Positions 51,945 to 61,669 of a DNA stretch of 64,000 nt are shown here, in pieces; the stretch's first letter is position 1; every line of letters begins with the position of its first letter. Both the position numbers and the translations under genes were made by a program. The notes below the pieces were generated by a model, which was given only the letters and a program-made list of their open reading frames with translations, did not search any database and was not told the DNA's origin. The stretch comes from Kiritimatiellia bacterium (lineage in GTDB: Bacteria; Verrucomicrobiota; Kiritimatiellia; RFP12; UBA1067): assembly GCA_050949565.1 (NCBI GenBank), contig JBMNFY010000017.1, forward strand, positions 416,001-480,000, in the 5' to 3' direction.

Positions 51945-53108
51945 CTACCGGGCTCGGCGTCGATAATCTCCGGGCGTTTGACCACACTTGCGCCTGAAAA
52001 TGGACGAAAGATATTGCGCATGACAGAACCCCGCGCGCCGGGCGATCTCGCCCAGCGGCAGATCGGTGGTGGCGAGCAGCGTCCGGGCGGTATTGACCCG
52101 AACACGCAAGATCTCATTGTGGACGCTGCGCCCCACCTCCCGCCTGAAATGGGTGTCCAACGTGGAACGCGAGACGCCGATCGCCCTTGCAACCTGAGAC
52201 ACACCGATCCCGTCACACGCCTGCTGGCGGATCACACGCAGCGCATCTGCCACCACCCGATTCGATGTCGCGATCAGATCCGTCGATGCGCGTTCCACAA
52301 TCGTAACGGGATCAACCAAGATATGAGTGACCTGCTGATTGCGGCGGTGCATGAGTGCGTTGAGCAACCGCGCGGCGCGATAACCGATCTCCTCAGTCCC
52401 CTGCACGATACTGGAAAGCGACGGCGTTGCCAGTTCGCAGATCAATTCGTCATTGTCGACCCCCAGCACGACGACATCATCGGGCACGCTGAAGCCGAAG
52501 CGGCGGCACGCCTCCAGCACATGACGCGCCCGCATGTCGTTCGCGGCCAACACGCCGACCGGCTTGGGCAGCGGGTCGAGCCAAGCCCTGATCGCCTCCT
52601 GCAACTGCTCCCAACTGTGCGACGGCTTATAGCGCGCGCTGAAAACAGAGCAGGCGTGCCCCTGGGCCTCCACCCGCTGCGCGAAGGTCTCTTGGCGTTC
52701 GCGGTTCCACGGATCGATGGTGGTCGCCGGCACCCCGCAGTACCCGAAACTGTGCAGGCCGAGCCGCATCAGGTAATCGGCCGCCAACTCCGCGATCTTG
52801 CGGTTGTGAGTGCCGACAGTGGAGACCGTAAGATTGAGCGAGCAGTTGGATTCGATGCCGCCGATGCCGACGACCGGCATCGTGAGTCCGGCCACCTGCC
52901 GTGGTATGCGCGGATCATCCAGGTCGGCGATAACCCCGTCGAAATGACCGCGTCTGAAATCGGGAATCTTGGCGGTGGGATCATCCTCCAGAAACACGCT
53001 CCACGAGCCGGACTCATGCACGAAGCGGGTCACGCCCTCGATCACCTTGCGATCGAAGCGCTTGTTAAGGCTGAGCACCAAGGCAACATGTTGGGCACGG
53101 CGCGCCAT
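51945..53108 (-). CDS. XylR-type transcriptional activator (LacI-like ligand domain + AraC HTH)
   Basis: FDRKVIEGV, DGVIADLDD, LPKPVGVLAAND.RAR, VLGVDNDE, LSSI.QG, C-terminal AraC. Confidence 0.92.
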   Translation of the reverse strand: MARRAQHVALVLSLNKRFDRKVIEGVTRFVHESGSWSVFLEDDPTAKIPDFRRGHFDGVIADLDDPRIPRQVAGLTMPVVGIGGIESNCSLNLTVSTVGTHNRKIAELAADYLMRLGLHSFGYCGVPATTIDPWNRERQETFAQRVEAQGHACSVFSARYKPSHSWEQLQEAIRAWLDPLPKPVGVLAANDMRARHVLEACRRFGFSVPDDVVVLGVDNDELICELATPSLSSIVQGTEEIGYRAARLLNALMHRRNQQVTHILVDPVTIVERASTDLIATSNRVVADALRVIRQQACDGIGVSQVARAIGVSRSTLDTHFRREVGRSVHNEILRVRVNTARTLLATTDLPLGEIARRAGFCHAQYLSSIFRRKCGQTPGDYRRRAR

Positions 53109-53126
53109 CGCGGTCCTCCCCCTGAA

Positions 53127-54149
53127 TCATGCACCGGCCCGAATAATCAGCGCCAGCCCCGCCACAAAAAGGATAAACATGGCGGTATTCAACTGATGCG
53201 CAACTTTCGGCGCGCCCTTGAACTCTTTCCAGATCAAGATGCCCCACAAGGCGGCCACCAGCGTGGCACCCTGACCGAGGCCGTACGAAATGGCAGCCCC
53301 CGCTTTGCCCGAAGCGATCAGGCTCAGCGCCATGCCGATGTTCCAGATCGTGCCGCCGAGGATGCCGACCGCATGCAGCCGCGGACTGCCCAGTTTGAAG
53401 TAGGATGAGAGTGGCACCGGCTCCCCCCGCACCGGCTTGAGCGAAGCAATCGTATTCCAAATGAAGTTTGAGACAAACAGGCCGACGGCAAACACCACCA
53501 GCGCCGTGTACGGCGTCATCAGGCCCGCTTCGGGTTGCGCGAAGTTCTTGACCATGCCCCTTGAAACCAGCCCGAAGAACCCCGCGCCCATCAGCACACC
53601 AGCTATCACCGAAATCACGAGGCCGAGACCGGTTCCCTCTCCTTGCGGACGGCTCTCGTCGGCTGCGGCACGTTTCTTGTAAGCCAGCGCGTTGAAGATG
53701 ATGGCCAGCGTCACCAGACCGACGCCCGTGAACAACAGCACAGGATCGCCTTTGGGGTTGAACCAATAGGTCTGGATCACGCCCAGCACCAGCGCCAGCC
53801 CGACGCCTATCGGGAATGCCACGGCAAGCCCCGCCAGATCAATCGCGATCACCAAGAGGATGTTCGACAGATTGAACAGCACGCCGCCGAGAAAAGCCAA
53901 CGCGAGATGATTCATCTCAGCCTGGCGAATGTCAGCAAGAAAACTGCGGCCTTGCGACCCTATGCTGCCCAGCGTGAACGCGATCAACAGCGAGCTGAGC
54001 AGAATGCCCAGTCCGTAATCCCAGTAAAACAACTGATACTTCCACGCTTTGCTCGCCGACAGTTTCTGTGTGTTGCCCCACGATCCCCAGCACAGCATCG
54101 TCACCACGCAGAAGATCACCGCCACCGCATAATTCTCAACGAAAAACAT
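53127..54149 (-). CDS. GRP/ureide-permease-type DMT transporter
   Basis: TMLCWGSWGNT, QLFYWDY, AVAFPIGVG, AISYGLGQGATLVAALWG..IWKEF; about 10 TM segments. Confidence 0.85.
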   Translation of the reverse strand: MFFVENYAVAVIFCVVTMLCWGSWGNTQKLSASKAWKYQLFYWDYGLGILLSSLLIAFTLGSIGSQGRSFLADIRQAEMNHLALAFLGGVLFNLSNILLVIAIDLAGLAVAFPIGVGLALVLGVIQTYWFNPKGDPVLLFTGVGLVTLAIIFNALAYKKRAAADESRPQGEGTGLGLVISVIAGVLMGAGFFGLVSRGMVKNFAQPEAGLMTPYTALVVFAVGLFVSNFIWNTIASLKPVRGEPVPLSSYFKLGSPRLHAVGILGGTIWNIGMALSLIASGKAGAAISYGLGQGATLVAALWGILIWKEFKGAPKVAHQLNTAMFILFVAGLALIIRAGA

Positions 54150-54161
54150 ACCTACCTCCTT

Positions 54162-55064
54162 CTAACCAACCAACTCCTCCCGTCTCGGCGCAGACGCCTG
54201 CGCCCCCATGCGTGTCACTGAAATCGACGCCGCCTTCGACGCAAAGCGCACCGCCTCCTCCAGTTCCAACTCCTCCGTCAACGCCACGGCCAGCGCACCG
54301 TTAAAGACATCGCCCGCCGCCGTGGTGTCCACCGCCTCGACCTTAAAAGCCGGGACCATGACACCGTCCTCCCCGTCGAAAACGTATGCGCCTTTGGCAC
54401 CCATCGTGATCACGACATTCAGCACGCCCTTGTCACACAGCACCCGGGCGGCCGCCTCGGCGCTCGCCTCGTCCGTGACCTTGATGTTTGTCAGCAGTTC
54501 CGCCTCGCTCTCATTCGGCGTGATGACCTCAAGACAGTCATAAAGATCGGACGGCAGTTCACACGCAGGCGCGGGATTCAAAATAACCGGCACGCCCAGA
54601 TTGACAGCCACATCAGCCGCATATCGAACCGTCTCCAGCGGCGTCTCAAGCTGCATCAAAAGCAGATCGGACTGGGCGATGACGCCCTCCAGCCCTTCGA
54701 TGTCCTCGGGCATCAGTGTTCCGTTCGCACCCGACGCCACCGCAATGCAGTTTTCACCTTTGGCATCCACCATGATCAGCGCGACGCCAGACGGCTCGGA
54801 CGGATCGGTCAGCACGTAATCCGTGCAGATGTTCTCTTTGGCGAAGAGCGCCTTCGCCTCGCGGCCGAACAGATCATCGCCGACTTTTGCGATAAAGACC
54901 ACCTCAGCGCCCAGACGCGCCGCAGCCACGGCCTGATTCGCTCCCTTGCCCCCTGGGTTCATCAGGAAGCGTCCGCCCAAGATCGTTTCACCCGGCGCTG
55001 GGATCCGCGCCGCCTTCACCACCATGTCGGTGTTGGTACTACCCACAACAACAATCCGCTTCAT
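54162..55064 (-). CDS. rbsK: Ribokinase
   Basis: VVGSTNTD, PGGKGANQA, QLE, NPAP, PNESE, DTTAAGDVFNG. Confidence 0.93.
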   Translation of the reverse strand: MKRIVVVGSTNTDMVVKAARIPAPGETILGGRFLMNPGGKGANQAVAAARLGAEVVFIAKVGDDLFGREAKALFAKENICTDYVLTDPSEPSGVALIMVDAKGENCIAVASGANGTLMPEDIEGLEGVIAQSDLLLMQLETPLETVRYAADVAVNLGVPVILNPAPACELPSDLYDCLEVITPNESEAELLTNIKVTDEASAEAAARVLCDKGVLNVVITMGAKGAYVFDGEDGVMVPAFKVEAVDTTAAGDVFNGALAVALTEELELEEAVRFASKAASISVTRMGAQASAPRREELVG

Positions 55065-55110
55065 CCTTCCTCCTGTCCGTTTCCAATGCCCGGCGTCAGA
55101 CATCCGACGC

Positions 55111-56802
55111 TCACCGTTTAGCATTCCTGATCTCCACGCCGCCCCAATAGGCCGCCTCCCACGACCAACCGTCAGGCTGGTTCACCAGTTCAACCGTCAC
55201 CGTCTGGCCGGCAAAGGTAGCAAGGTCGATCGAGACTGTCTGCCATGCGGGCGGGCCTTCGATCTTTTTACGGATGACTTCACGACCGTCAACCCGTGCG
55301 ATAAAGGTGAAATCACCTCGATCATGGTTTGCGAGCAGCACGTCGAGCTTCGGCACGCCATCCTTCGGTACGGCGATGGCCTTCGATAGCGTGACGCCCG
55401 TGGTCTTGTCTAGCGGGTGGGTCATCACCACATGCTGCCGGCCCAGATACTCGGCGCGGTAGCCGGGCTCCATGTCCTTCCCGTTGGGCGTACACGTCCA
55501 GCCGGGCAGCAGGGCGTCCAACGCCCCCTGCACACGACGGGTCGGATCGTCGCCCCCCACATCCGCAGGATGCGCCTTGAAGCGGATTTTCGCGTACTCT
55601 TCCTCCGTAAAGCGCGAACCTGCGATCGGGCCGGGCGCCCAGCTCAACATCAACGGACCGGGCTGCGCCGGACGGACAGGGATCACGAACCACTCCTTGC
55701 CATCCGCGTCGCGTTCGATCCGTCCGCCCTGCTGCACCACCGTCTGCCGTGCCAGACGCTCGCAAACATCCAGCAGCGCCGGCACGTTGTAGGCGGTGTA
55801 GGAAAACTTCGGTTCGAGCTTCAGTTCCTTTGTGTAGTGGGCGGGCAGCTTAGAGAAGCCGATCATCGTGCCGACCACGCCCGCAGCGCTCGACGGATTG
55901 CAGTCCGAATCATAACCGCCGCGCATGGAGATCACCACCGTTTGTTCCATATCCCCGCGTCCGTACAGCAGCCCGAGCAGAACCATCGCGCCGTTGATCT
56001 TCACATCAATCGCGCCGTTGGAGGCTTTTTGATACGCCGGATCCTTGCGGTATTTCTGCAGGCAGCGCTGCCAAGCGAGCGTCCAGTCCTGCGGCGCCTC
56101 ACGATGCCAGTTCACCAAGTCGCGCACCATCTCGGCATATTGGCTGTCGGCAGGAATGCAGGCCAGTCCTGCCGCGATGACCTTGTGCAGGTCGCTCTCA
56201 AAGAACGCCTCGGCATACATCCCGCCCATAAACTGGCCCCCGTACACACCGTCGCCATAGTTCATGAGCCGACCGAACTTCTCGCCCAACGCGATGACCG
56301 AGGCCGGCATCCCGGGCGAGATGAGCCCGGCGAAGTCCGCCTCGATCTGGTAGTCGATGTCATTCGGGCGGGAGTTGAAATGCGGGTGTGACGAATCCGG
56401 CGGTGCGATACCCCTGCGCAGATTCCTGCGGCCTGCGTCATTGGCGCACCAGAGTTGGTACTCGCTGTTGGCAAAATCGATGCCCGCCTGACGGATATCC
56501 ACATCCAGACCGTACTGCTCCAGAGAGCGCAAGAAGGTCATTTCCACATAGAGATCGTCCTCCCCGAAGGCATGGTTAATCATTTCCGGCTTCCAGACCG
56601 GCACCTTTTCTTGCGGGATGATCACATCGTTGAACTTGAATTCCGTCGGCGCGCCCCACGCCACACCGATGATCTGCCCGATCCAACCGCCCTTCATGCG
56701 GTCGCGGTAGTCATCAAGCGACAGCCTGCGTTCTCCCTGTCCCCACGCCGTCCCTGCCAGCCACACCCCACAAACGATCCACAGCAAAACATTTCGCGCC
56801 AC
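55111..56802 (-). CDS. Secreted ADP-ribosylglycohydrolase-family protein with a C-terminal beta-sandwich
   Basis: AAGGAG + GTG start, signal peptide, GQIIGVAWGAPTEF, EDDLYVE, DIDYQIEAD, GYDSDCN. Confidence 0.85.
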   Translation of the reverse strand: MARNVLLWIVCGVWLAGTAWGQGERRLSLDDYRDRMKGGWIGQIIGVAWGAPTEFKFNDVIIPQEKVPVWKPEMINHAFGEDDLYVEMTFLRSLEQYGLDVDIRQAGIDFANSEYQLWCANDAGRRNLRRGIAPPDSSHPHFNSRPNDIDYQIEADFAGLISPGMPASVIALGEKFGRLMNYGDGVYGGQFMGGMYAEAFFESDLHKVIAAGLACIPADSQYAEMVRDLVNWHREAPQDWTLAWQRCLQKYRKDPAYQKASNGAIDVKINGAMVLLGLLYGRGDMEQTVVISMRGGYDSDCNPSSAAGVVGTMIGFSKLPAHYTKELKLEPKFSYTAYNVPALLDVCERLARQTVVQQGGRIERDADGKEWFVIPVRPAQPGPLMLSWAPGPIAGSRFTEEEYAKIRFKAHPADVGGDDPTRRVQGALDALLPGWTCTPNGKDMEPGYRAEYLGRQHVVMTHPLDKTTGVTLSKAIAVPKDGVPKLDVLLANHDRGDFTFIARVDGREVIRKKIEGPPAWQTVSIDLATFAGQTVTVELVNQPDGWSWEAAYWGGVEIRNAKR

Positions 56803-56906
56803 GCCGACACTCTCCTTTGGTAGCTCAAAAGTTATCGTTTCCCTTGTACGGCGATATTGTGCCGTATTAGTGGCGAACAAACAAGGTCCATCTCCTGAAA
56901 GCGTCC

Positions 56907-56935
56907 TTGTTTCTGCAGGGCGGTCAGGGTATACT
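56907..56935 (+). promoter_or_regulatory. Sigma70-type promoter of the trpS operon
   Basis: TTGTTT-17 nt-TATACT ending 40 nt before the trpS ATG. Confidence 0.65.
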
Positions 56936-56974
56936 CGACGCTCTTTTTTAACTCTTTTGACGGACGACGAAACC

Positions 56975-57955
56975 ATGAGGATTTTATCGGGTATCCAGCC
57001 CTCGGGCAAACTGCATTTAGGAAACTATTTCGGCATGATGCGACCTGCCTTGCAACTTCAAGAGCAGGGCGAGGCGTATCTTTTTATTGCGAACTATCAC
57101 GCGCTGACCTCTCTGCATGACCGCGAACAGCTCATGCAGGGCACTTGGGACGTCGCGCTCGACTTTCTGGCCTGCGGACTTGATCCGGAGCGCACGGTTT
57201 TCTTCCGTCAGAGCGACGTTCCGGAGGTACACGAACTGACATGGCTGCTCTCGATCGTGACGCCTATGGGGCTGCTGGAGCGTTGCCACTCTTACAAGGA
57301 CAAAACCGCTAGGGGCATCGCAGCGTCACACGGGCTGTTCGCCTATCCGGTGCTCATGGCGGCGGACATCCTCCTCTACCAATCAAATGTGGTGCCGGTG
57401 GGACGCGACCAGAAGCAGCACGTCGAGGTCACGCGCGACATCGCCATCAAATTCAACAACGAGTTCGGCGAGGTTTTCACGATTCCGGAGCCCTCGATTC
57501 CGGACGAGGTGGCGGTGGTGCCCGGACTGGACGGGCAGAAGATGTCGAAGAGCTACGGCAACACGATCGAGCTCTTTGGCGACATAAAAGAGACCAAGGC
57601 GCGCATCATGAGGATCGTCACCGACAGTAAGGGGCTTGAAGACCCCAAGGATCCGGCGACCTGCAACGTGTTCGCGCTCTACAAACTCTTCGCCAGCGAC
57701 GCGCAACGGCAGGAGATGGAAGCCAACTATCGCGGCGGGAACTACGGATATGGTCACGCCAAAAAGGCATTGGCCGCGATATTTGAAGAGACCTTCGAGC
57801 CGTTCCGCGCGCGCCGGGCTGAGTTGCAGGCCAATCCCGACTATGTGGAAGAGGTGCTGCGTAAAGGGGCCGAACGCGCACGCGCAGAAGCTACCAAGAC
57901 TTTGGATCGCGCACGCGACGCGGTAGGGCTGTCGTCGCTCGCAGGAAGAGCCTGA
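56975..57955 (+). CDS. trpS: Tryptophan--tRNA ligase
   Basis: SGIQPSGKLHLGNY, YPVLMAADIL, PVGRDQKQH, KMSKS. Confidence 0.98.
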   Translation: MRILSGIQPSGKLHLGNYFGMMRPALQLQEQGEAYLFIANYHALTSLHDREQLMQGTWDVALDFLACGLDPERTVFFRQSDVPEVHELTWLLSIVTPMGLLERCHSYKDKTARGIAASHGLFAYPVLMAADILLYQSNVVPVGRDQKQHVEVTRDIAIKFNNEFGEVFTIPEPSIPDEVAVVPGLDGQKMSKSYGNTIELFGDIKETKARIMRIVTDSKGLEDPKDPATCNVFALYKLFASDAQRQEMEANYRGGNYGYGHAKKALAAIFEETFEPFRARRAELQANPDYVEEVLRKGAERARAEATKTLDRARDAVGLSSLAGRA

Positions 57956-57958
57956 ACG

Positions 57959-58774
57959 ATGGCACTTGATGCATTGTTGGCCGACGACTACAAGGTCGAT
58001 CTGGAGGTGTTTGAAGGGCCTCTCGATCTCCTGCTCTATCTGATTCGGCGCGAAGAGGTCGATATCTACGATATCCCGATTGAGCGGATCACGGCGCAGT
58101 ACATGGCGTATCTCGACGTCATGCGTATTCTGGATCTCAACATCGCCGGCGAATTTCTGGTCATGGCCGCCACGCTGATGATGATCAAGAGCCGGATGCT
58201 GCTGCCGGTCGAGTCGCGTTCCACCGACGAGCCGCTTGACGAGGAATGGATCGACCCGCGGTTGGATCTGGTGCGCCAACTCGTCGAGTACAAGAAGTTC
58301 AAGGACGCCGCTGACCGCCTGCTTGAATTCGAGGCGCTGCAGCATGAGGTGTTCACATTCGGCGGCGACAGGCCGGTGTTTGAAAAAACCTCGGTTGATG
58401 TCGGTCAGGCACTCGGCGACATCGGGCTTTTCGACCTACTGACCGCCTTCCAAGAAGTGCTGTCGCGTGCACCGGCCGAACCGTTCGGGCATCTGGAACC
58501 GATCCTCTGGTCGGTCCCGGACAAGATGGAGGTGATCAGCACGAAGTTGCGCGACCAGCGTCGCTTGGAGTTTTCCAAGCTCTTCAATCCCGAGTCGCAC
58601 CGCAACGAGGTGATCGCCACTTTTCTGGCGTTGCTGGAACTGCTGCGTTTGCGCCAGATCCGGATCCAGCAGAACGCCGCGTTTCACGAAATTCTGATTT
58701 TGCCGATAGAGGATGCCGCGGGCAAGCCGCTGCTACCGACATCAAACGAAGGAGCCGAGCATGTCGAATCCTGA
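57959..58774 (+). CDS. scpA: Segregation/condensation protein A
   Basis: FEGPLDLLLYLI, GEFLVMAATL..IKSRMLLP, TFLALLEL. Confidence 0.96.
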   Translation: MALDALLADDYKVDLEVFEGPLDLLLYLIRREEVDIYDIPIERITAQYMAYLDVMRILDLNIAGEFLVMAATLMMIKSRMLLPVESRSTDEPLDEEWIDPRLDLVRQLVEYKKFKDAADRLLEFEALQHEVFTFGGDRPVFEKTSVDVGQALGDIGLFDLLTAFQEVLSRAPAEPFGHLEPILWSVPDKMEVISTKLRDQRRLEFSKLFNPESHRNEVIATFLALLELLRLRQIRIQQNAAFHEILILPIEDAAGKPLLPTSNEGAEHVES

Positions 58775-59570
58775 AAAGGTCAAACTGCCGTTGGCATCGA
58801 GTCTGCAACAGGTAGTCGGCGCGCTGCTTTTCGGCGCTGACCATCCGCTTACGGTCGAAGAGATCCGCACCTGCCTAAAGAGCGTGGCGGAGCAAGAGGG
58901 CGAGGAGAGCGAAACGGCCTCGCTGTTCGCTGAAGCTTCGCCGCGCGAGATCAGCGATGCCATTGAGAGCATCGCTAAGGAGCTGTCACGTCTGGAATTG
59001 GGCGTTGAAGTAGCGGAGATCGGCGGCGGGTTCCGCTATCAGACGCAGCCGAGCTGCGGACGCTGGGTGCGTAACTTGCTGAAGCAGGACCGCCCGAACA
59101 CGTTGTCGCGTCCGGCGCTGGAGACGCTCGCGATCATCGCGTACCGGCAGCCGGTCGCCAAGTCGGAGATCGAAGCGATTCGCGGCGTGTCGGTTGACCA
59201 TGTCGTGAAAGCGCTGATGGAGTTGCATCTGATCCGCATTGTCGGGCGCAGCGAGTTGCCCGGGCGTCCTTTCCTTTACGGCACGACCGCGAGCTTTTTG
59301 AATCACTTCGGCTTGAGCAGTCTCAAAGAGCTGAACGAGTTGGATCCCACGTTGCAGCGCTCGAAGCCCAGCGAACGCAAGGCCGCTCATACGAGAAAGA
59401 AAAAGTCTGACAGAGACGCCGTTGAGGAAACCCCGCTGTTCGCAGCACGCGACGAGGCGACCCCTGATGCAGCGCCAGAGCCGACCGACGCCGTGAAGGA
59501 GATTTTGGGCGGCGATGAATCGGCCGACGCCGAACCCGTGTTTGAAGAAGAGGAGAGAGAGGAAGCATAG
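58761..59570 (+). CDS. scpB: Segregation/condensation protein B
   Basis: LSRPALETLAIIAYRQP, IRGV, GRPFLYGTT..FL..FGL. Confidence 0.96.
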   Translation: MSNPEKVKLPLASSLQQVVGALLFGADHPLTVEEIRTCLKSVAEQEGEESETASLFAEASPREISDAIESIAKELSRLELGVEVAEIGGGFRYQTQPSCGRWVRNLLKQDRPNTLSRPALETLAIIAYRQPVAKSEIEAIRGVSVDHVVKALMELHLIRIVGRSELPGRPFLYGTTASFLNHFGLSSLKELNELDPTLQRSKPSERKAAHTRKKKSDRDAVEETPLFAARDEATPDAAPEPTDAVKEILGGDESADAEPVFEEEEREEA

Positions 59571-59575
59571 CGACG

Positions 59576-60325
59576 ATGCCTTTTTTGAAAAAGATTCCTC
59601 GGCCGGAAACGTTCCGGGATTTCAGCGAACCGAATGCGTTCAAGATATGGATGAAGTGGGCGATGGGTGTAGCTGTTGTAGCCTGCGTCGGCGGCTTGCT
59701 GATCTGTGCCAGCATGGAGGGCTGCCGTAAGGGACAGCCAGCGCCCGACGACCAGACGGCGGAGACGAAACCGAAGGTAGAAACGCCGAGCACGGAACCA
59801 GCGCCCGACCTGCACCGTCCGGTACGCGAGGCACCGGCCGCATTCCCGCCGGACTCCAATATGCCGCGCGGCAAAGAGATTTACGCTTCGGGTCCCATTG
59901 ACCTGGCGACGTTCGATCCCAAACGTGACTTGATGCGGTTTGAAGATCCGCGCGTCTGGTTTGAAAGCGACCACGCCAAAGACGATGACGACGAGGACGA
60001 CCACCTGATCCACCGCGCCATGGAGGTGCCGCTGCGGCGCTTAGTCAATCTAGTAGAGCAGAAAAAAGGCAAACTCAAGGTACAGGACGCCTTCCGGCAC
60101 GCCGCCAAAAACCGTATCCACATGGCACGGTCGCTACACTGCGAGGGCCGCGCGATTGACCTGACGTGCGAGGGCATGAGCCTGAGTGAGTTGGCCAAAC
60201 TCTGCTGGCAAGCCGGCTTCGATTTTGTGTTGTACGAGACCCCCCGCACCTCGGGCCCGCACCTGCACTGCTCGGTCAAACGTGCCCCCGACGCTCCCCT
60301 GCCGCCCCGCCCGGCGAAGAAATAG
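59576..60325 (+). CDS. Membrane-anchored Hedgehog N-terminal-domain (Hh/DD-peptidase) homologue
   Basis: One TM segment, Pro-rich linker, then ASG, SLHCEGRAIDLT, LAKLCWQAGFDFVLYE, HLHCSVK. Confidence 0.85.
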   Translation: MPFLKKIPRPETFRDFSEPNAFKIWMKWAMGVAVVACVGGLLICASMEGCRKGQPAPDDQTAETKPKVETPSTEPAPDLHRPVREAPAAFPPDSNMPRGKEIYASGPIDLATFDPKRDLMRFEDPRVWFESDHAKDDDDEDDHLIHRAMEVPLRRLVNLVEQKKGKLKVQDAFRHAAKNRIHMARSLHCEGRAIDLTCEGMSLSELAKLCWQAGFDFVLYETPRTSGPHLHCSVKRAPDAPLPPRPAKK

Positions 60326-60365
60326 AGGCCTCGGCACGTCGGAAGCGGACTCGCAAAGCTGTGGT

Positions 60366-60508
60366 CTCAGGTTTCATGGGTTTCAGGTTTCATCCGAATC
60401 GGGATCGGGATCGCTATCGCTATCGGGATCGATTGTTTAACCGCGGAACACACCGAACACACGGAAAGGCATGGTGCTGTTTCCGTGTGTTTAGTGTGTT
60501 CCGTGGTT
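60366..60508. repeat. Short-repeat runs and a 29-bp-arm inverted repeat
   Basis: GGTTTCA x3 and ATCGGG/ATCGCT x5; arms 60439-60467 and 60480-60508 around a 12-nt loop. Confidence 0.8.
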
Positions 60509-60726
60509 CCAATCAGAAATTGCGTTTTGCACCAAACGGGTGCGGCGAGAACCGCGACAAAACCCAATGTTTAAAGGCACTAAGGGACAGGTATTTTGAA
60601 CGTTGCGACAACCCACAGCCCGAGCGGTATATTCAAAGCAATCCGAGACTGGGGTAGTTCCCCTGCCTCTTGACGGAGAATGGGTTGCTGTCAGATTGAC
60701 GGTACGCAAAAACAAAGGAACAGAAA

Positions 60727-61644
60727 ATGACATTCAGAGACAAGGAGCAAAAACGAGGCGAGGCGTTGGTTAAGAGCGGTTTTTTTGACGGCGATACAGG
60801 AAACGGGAAGTTCAAAGGAAAGCGATACCCTTTTGTTCTTCAAGACGGACGATTTAACCTGTATCCCGGCATCAGAGATGAGGTCCTCGAATACTTTAAA
60901 CAAAATAACATTGCTTGGTGGGGCGGCAAGCATCCCACCGGTCATATTTTGTCGTCGCAGATAGCGTGTCTAAATCATCTATTTGCAATCAGAAATGAAA
61001 AAGACGCAGTTTTGAAGCTGTTAAAATCCGTATCGGATGATTTTGTGGATGTTTTCCCCATCCCGGAGAATCTCGAAGGGTATATTCAATTTGAAGCGGT
61101 AGGTGGCAAGGAGAACTTTCTAAACGAACGCAAAAACACGAGAGGCAGCAACTGTACCTCTGTGGATGCACTGATATGCGCCCGACACCGTGACGGTCGA
61201 AGATTCTTAATTCCAATTGAATGGAAGTATGTTGAAAAATATGGGAACAAAGATAAATCGACGGGAAGCAAAGGTGACGAACGAAAGGCGCGCTATCTTG
61301 ATTTAATTAAAAGTAGCCGATATTTGAATGAGCATACGCCGTCATACTGCTGGTTTGAGCCTTTTTATCAGCTCATGCGTCAAACACTTTGGGCCGAGCA
61401 GTTGTTAAAGCATCGGCCTACGGGATTTGAGGCGGATAATTATCTGCACTTGCACGTCGTTCCCGAAGACAATGCGGAATTGCTCGACAAATCTTATCCC
61501 TGTAGCAACAAGGGAATGATAGATACTTGGGAAAGTTGTCTAAATTATCCCGAAAAGTATACGGTGGTTCATCCAAACCAGTTGTGGAGCAAGCAATCAA
61601 AGGATACGGCCATCTACGAGTATTTGAGCAAACGGTATTGGTGA
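60727..61644 (+). CDS. AT-rich putative PD-(D/E)XK restriction-endonuclease-like protein (PGN_0703-like)
   Basis: HILSSQIACLNHL, FE, TSVDA, IEWKY, FYQLMRQ; clearly AT-richer than its neighbours. Confidence 0.65.
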   Translation: MTFRDKEQKRGEALVKSGFFDGDTGNGKFKGKRYPFVLQDGRFNLYPGIRDEVLEYFKQNNIAWWGGKHPTGHILSSQIACLNHLFAIRNEKDAVLKLLKSVSDDFVDVFPIPENLEGYIQFEAVGGKENFLNERKNTRGSNCTSVDALICARHRDGRRFLIPIEWKYVEKYGNKDKSTGSKGDERKARYLDLIKSSRYLNEHTPSYCWFEPFYQLMRQTLWAEQLLKHRPTGFEADNYLHLHVVPEDNAELLDKSYPCSNKGMIDTWESCLNYPEKYTVVHPNQLWSKQSKDTAIYEYLSKRYW

Positions 61645-61669
61645 GAGCACTGGGAGGGTCAAGTGTCAC

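Noticed and set aside
59576-59730. Lipoprotein signal on the Hedgehog-like protein, analogous to Hh palmitoylation
   Set aside because: VVAC lies mid-helix and MEGC is a poor lipobox; a plain TM anchor is the simpler reading.
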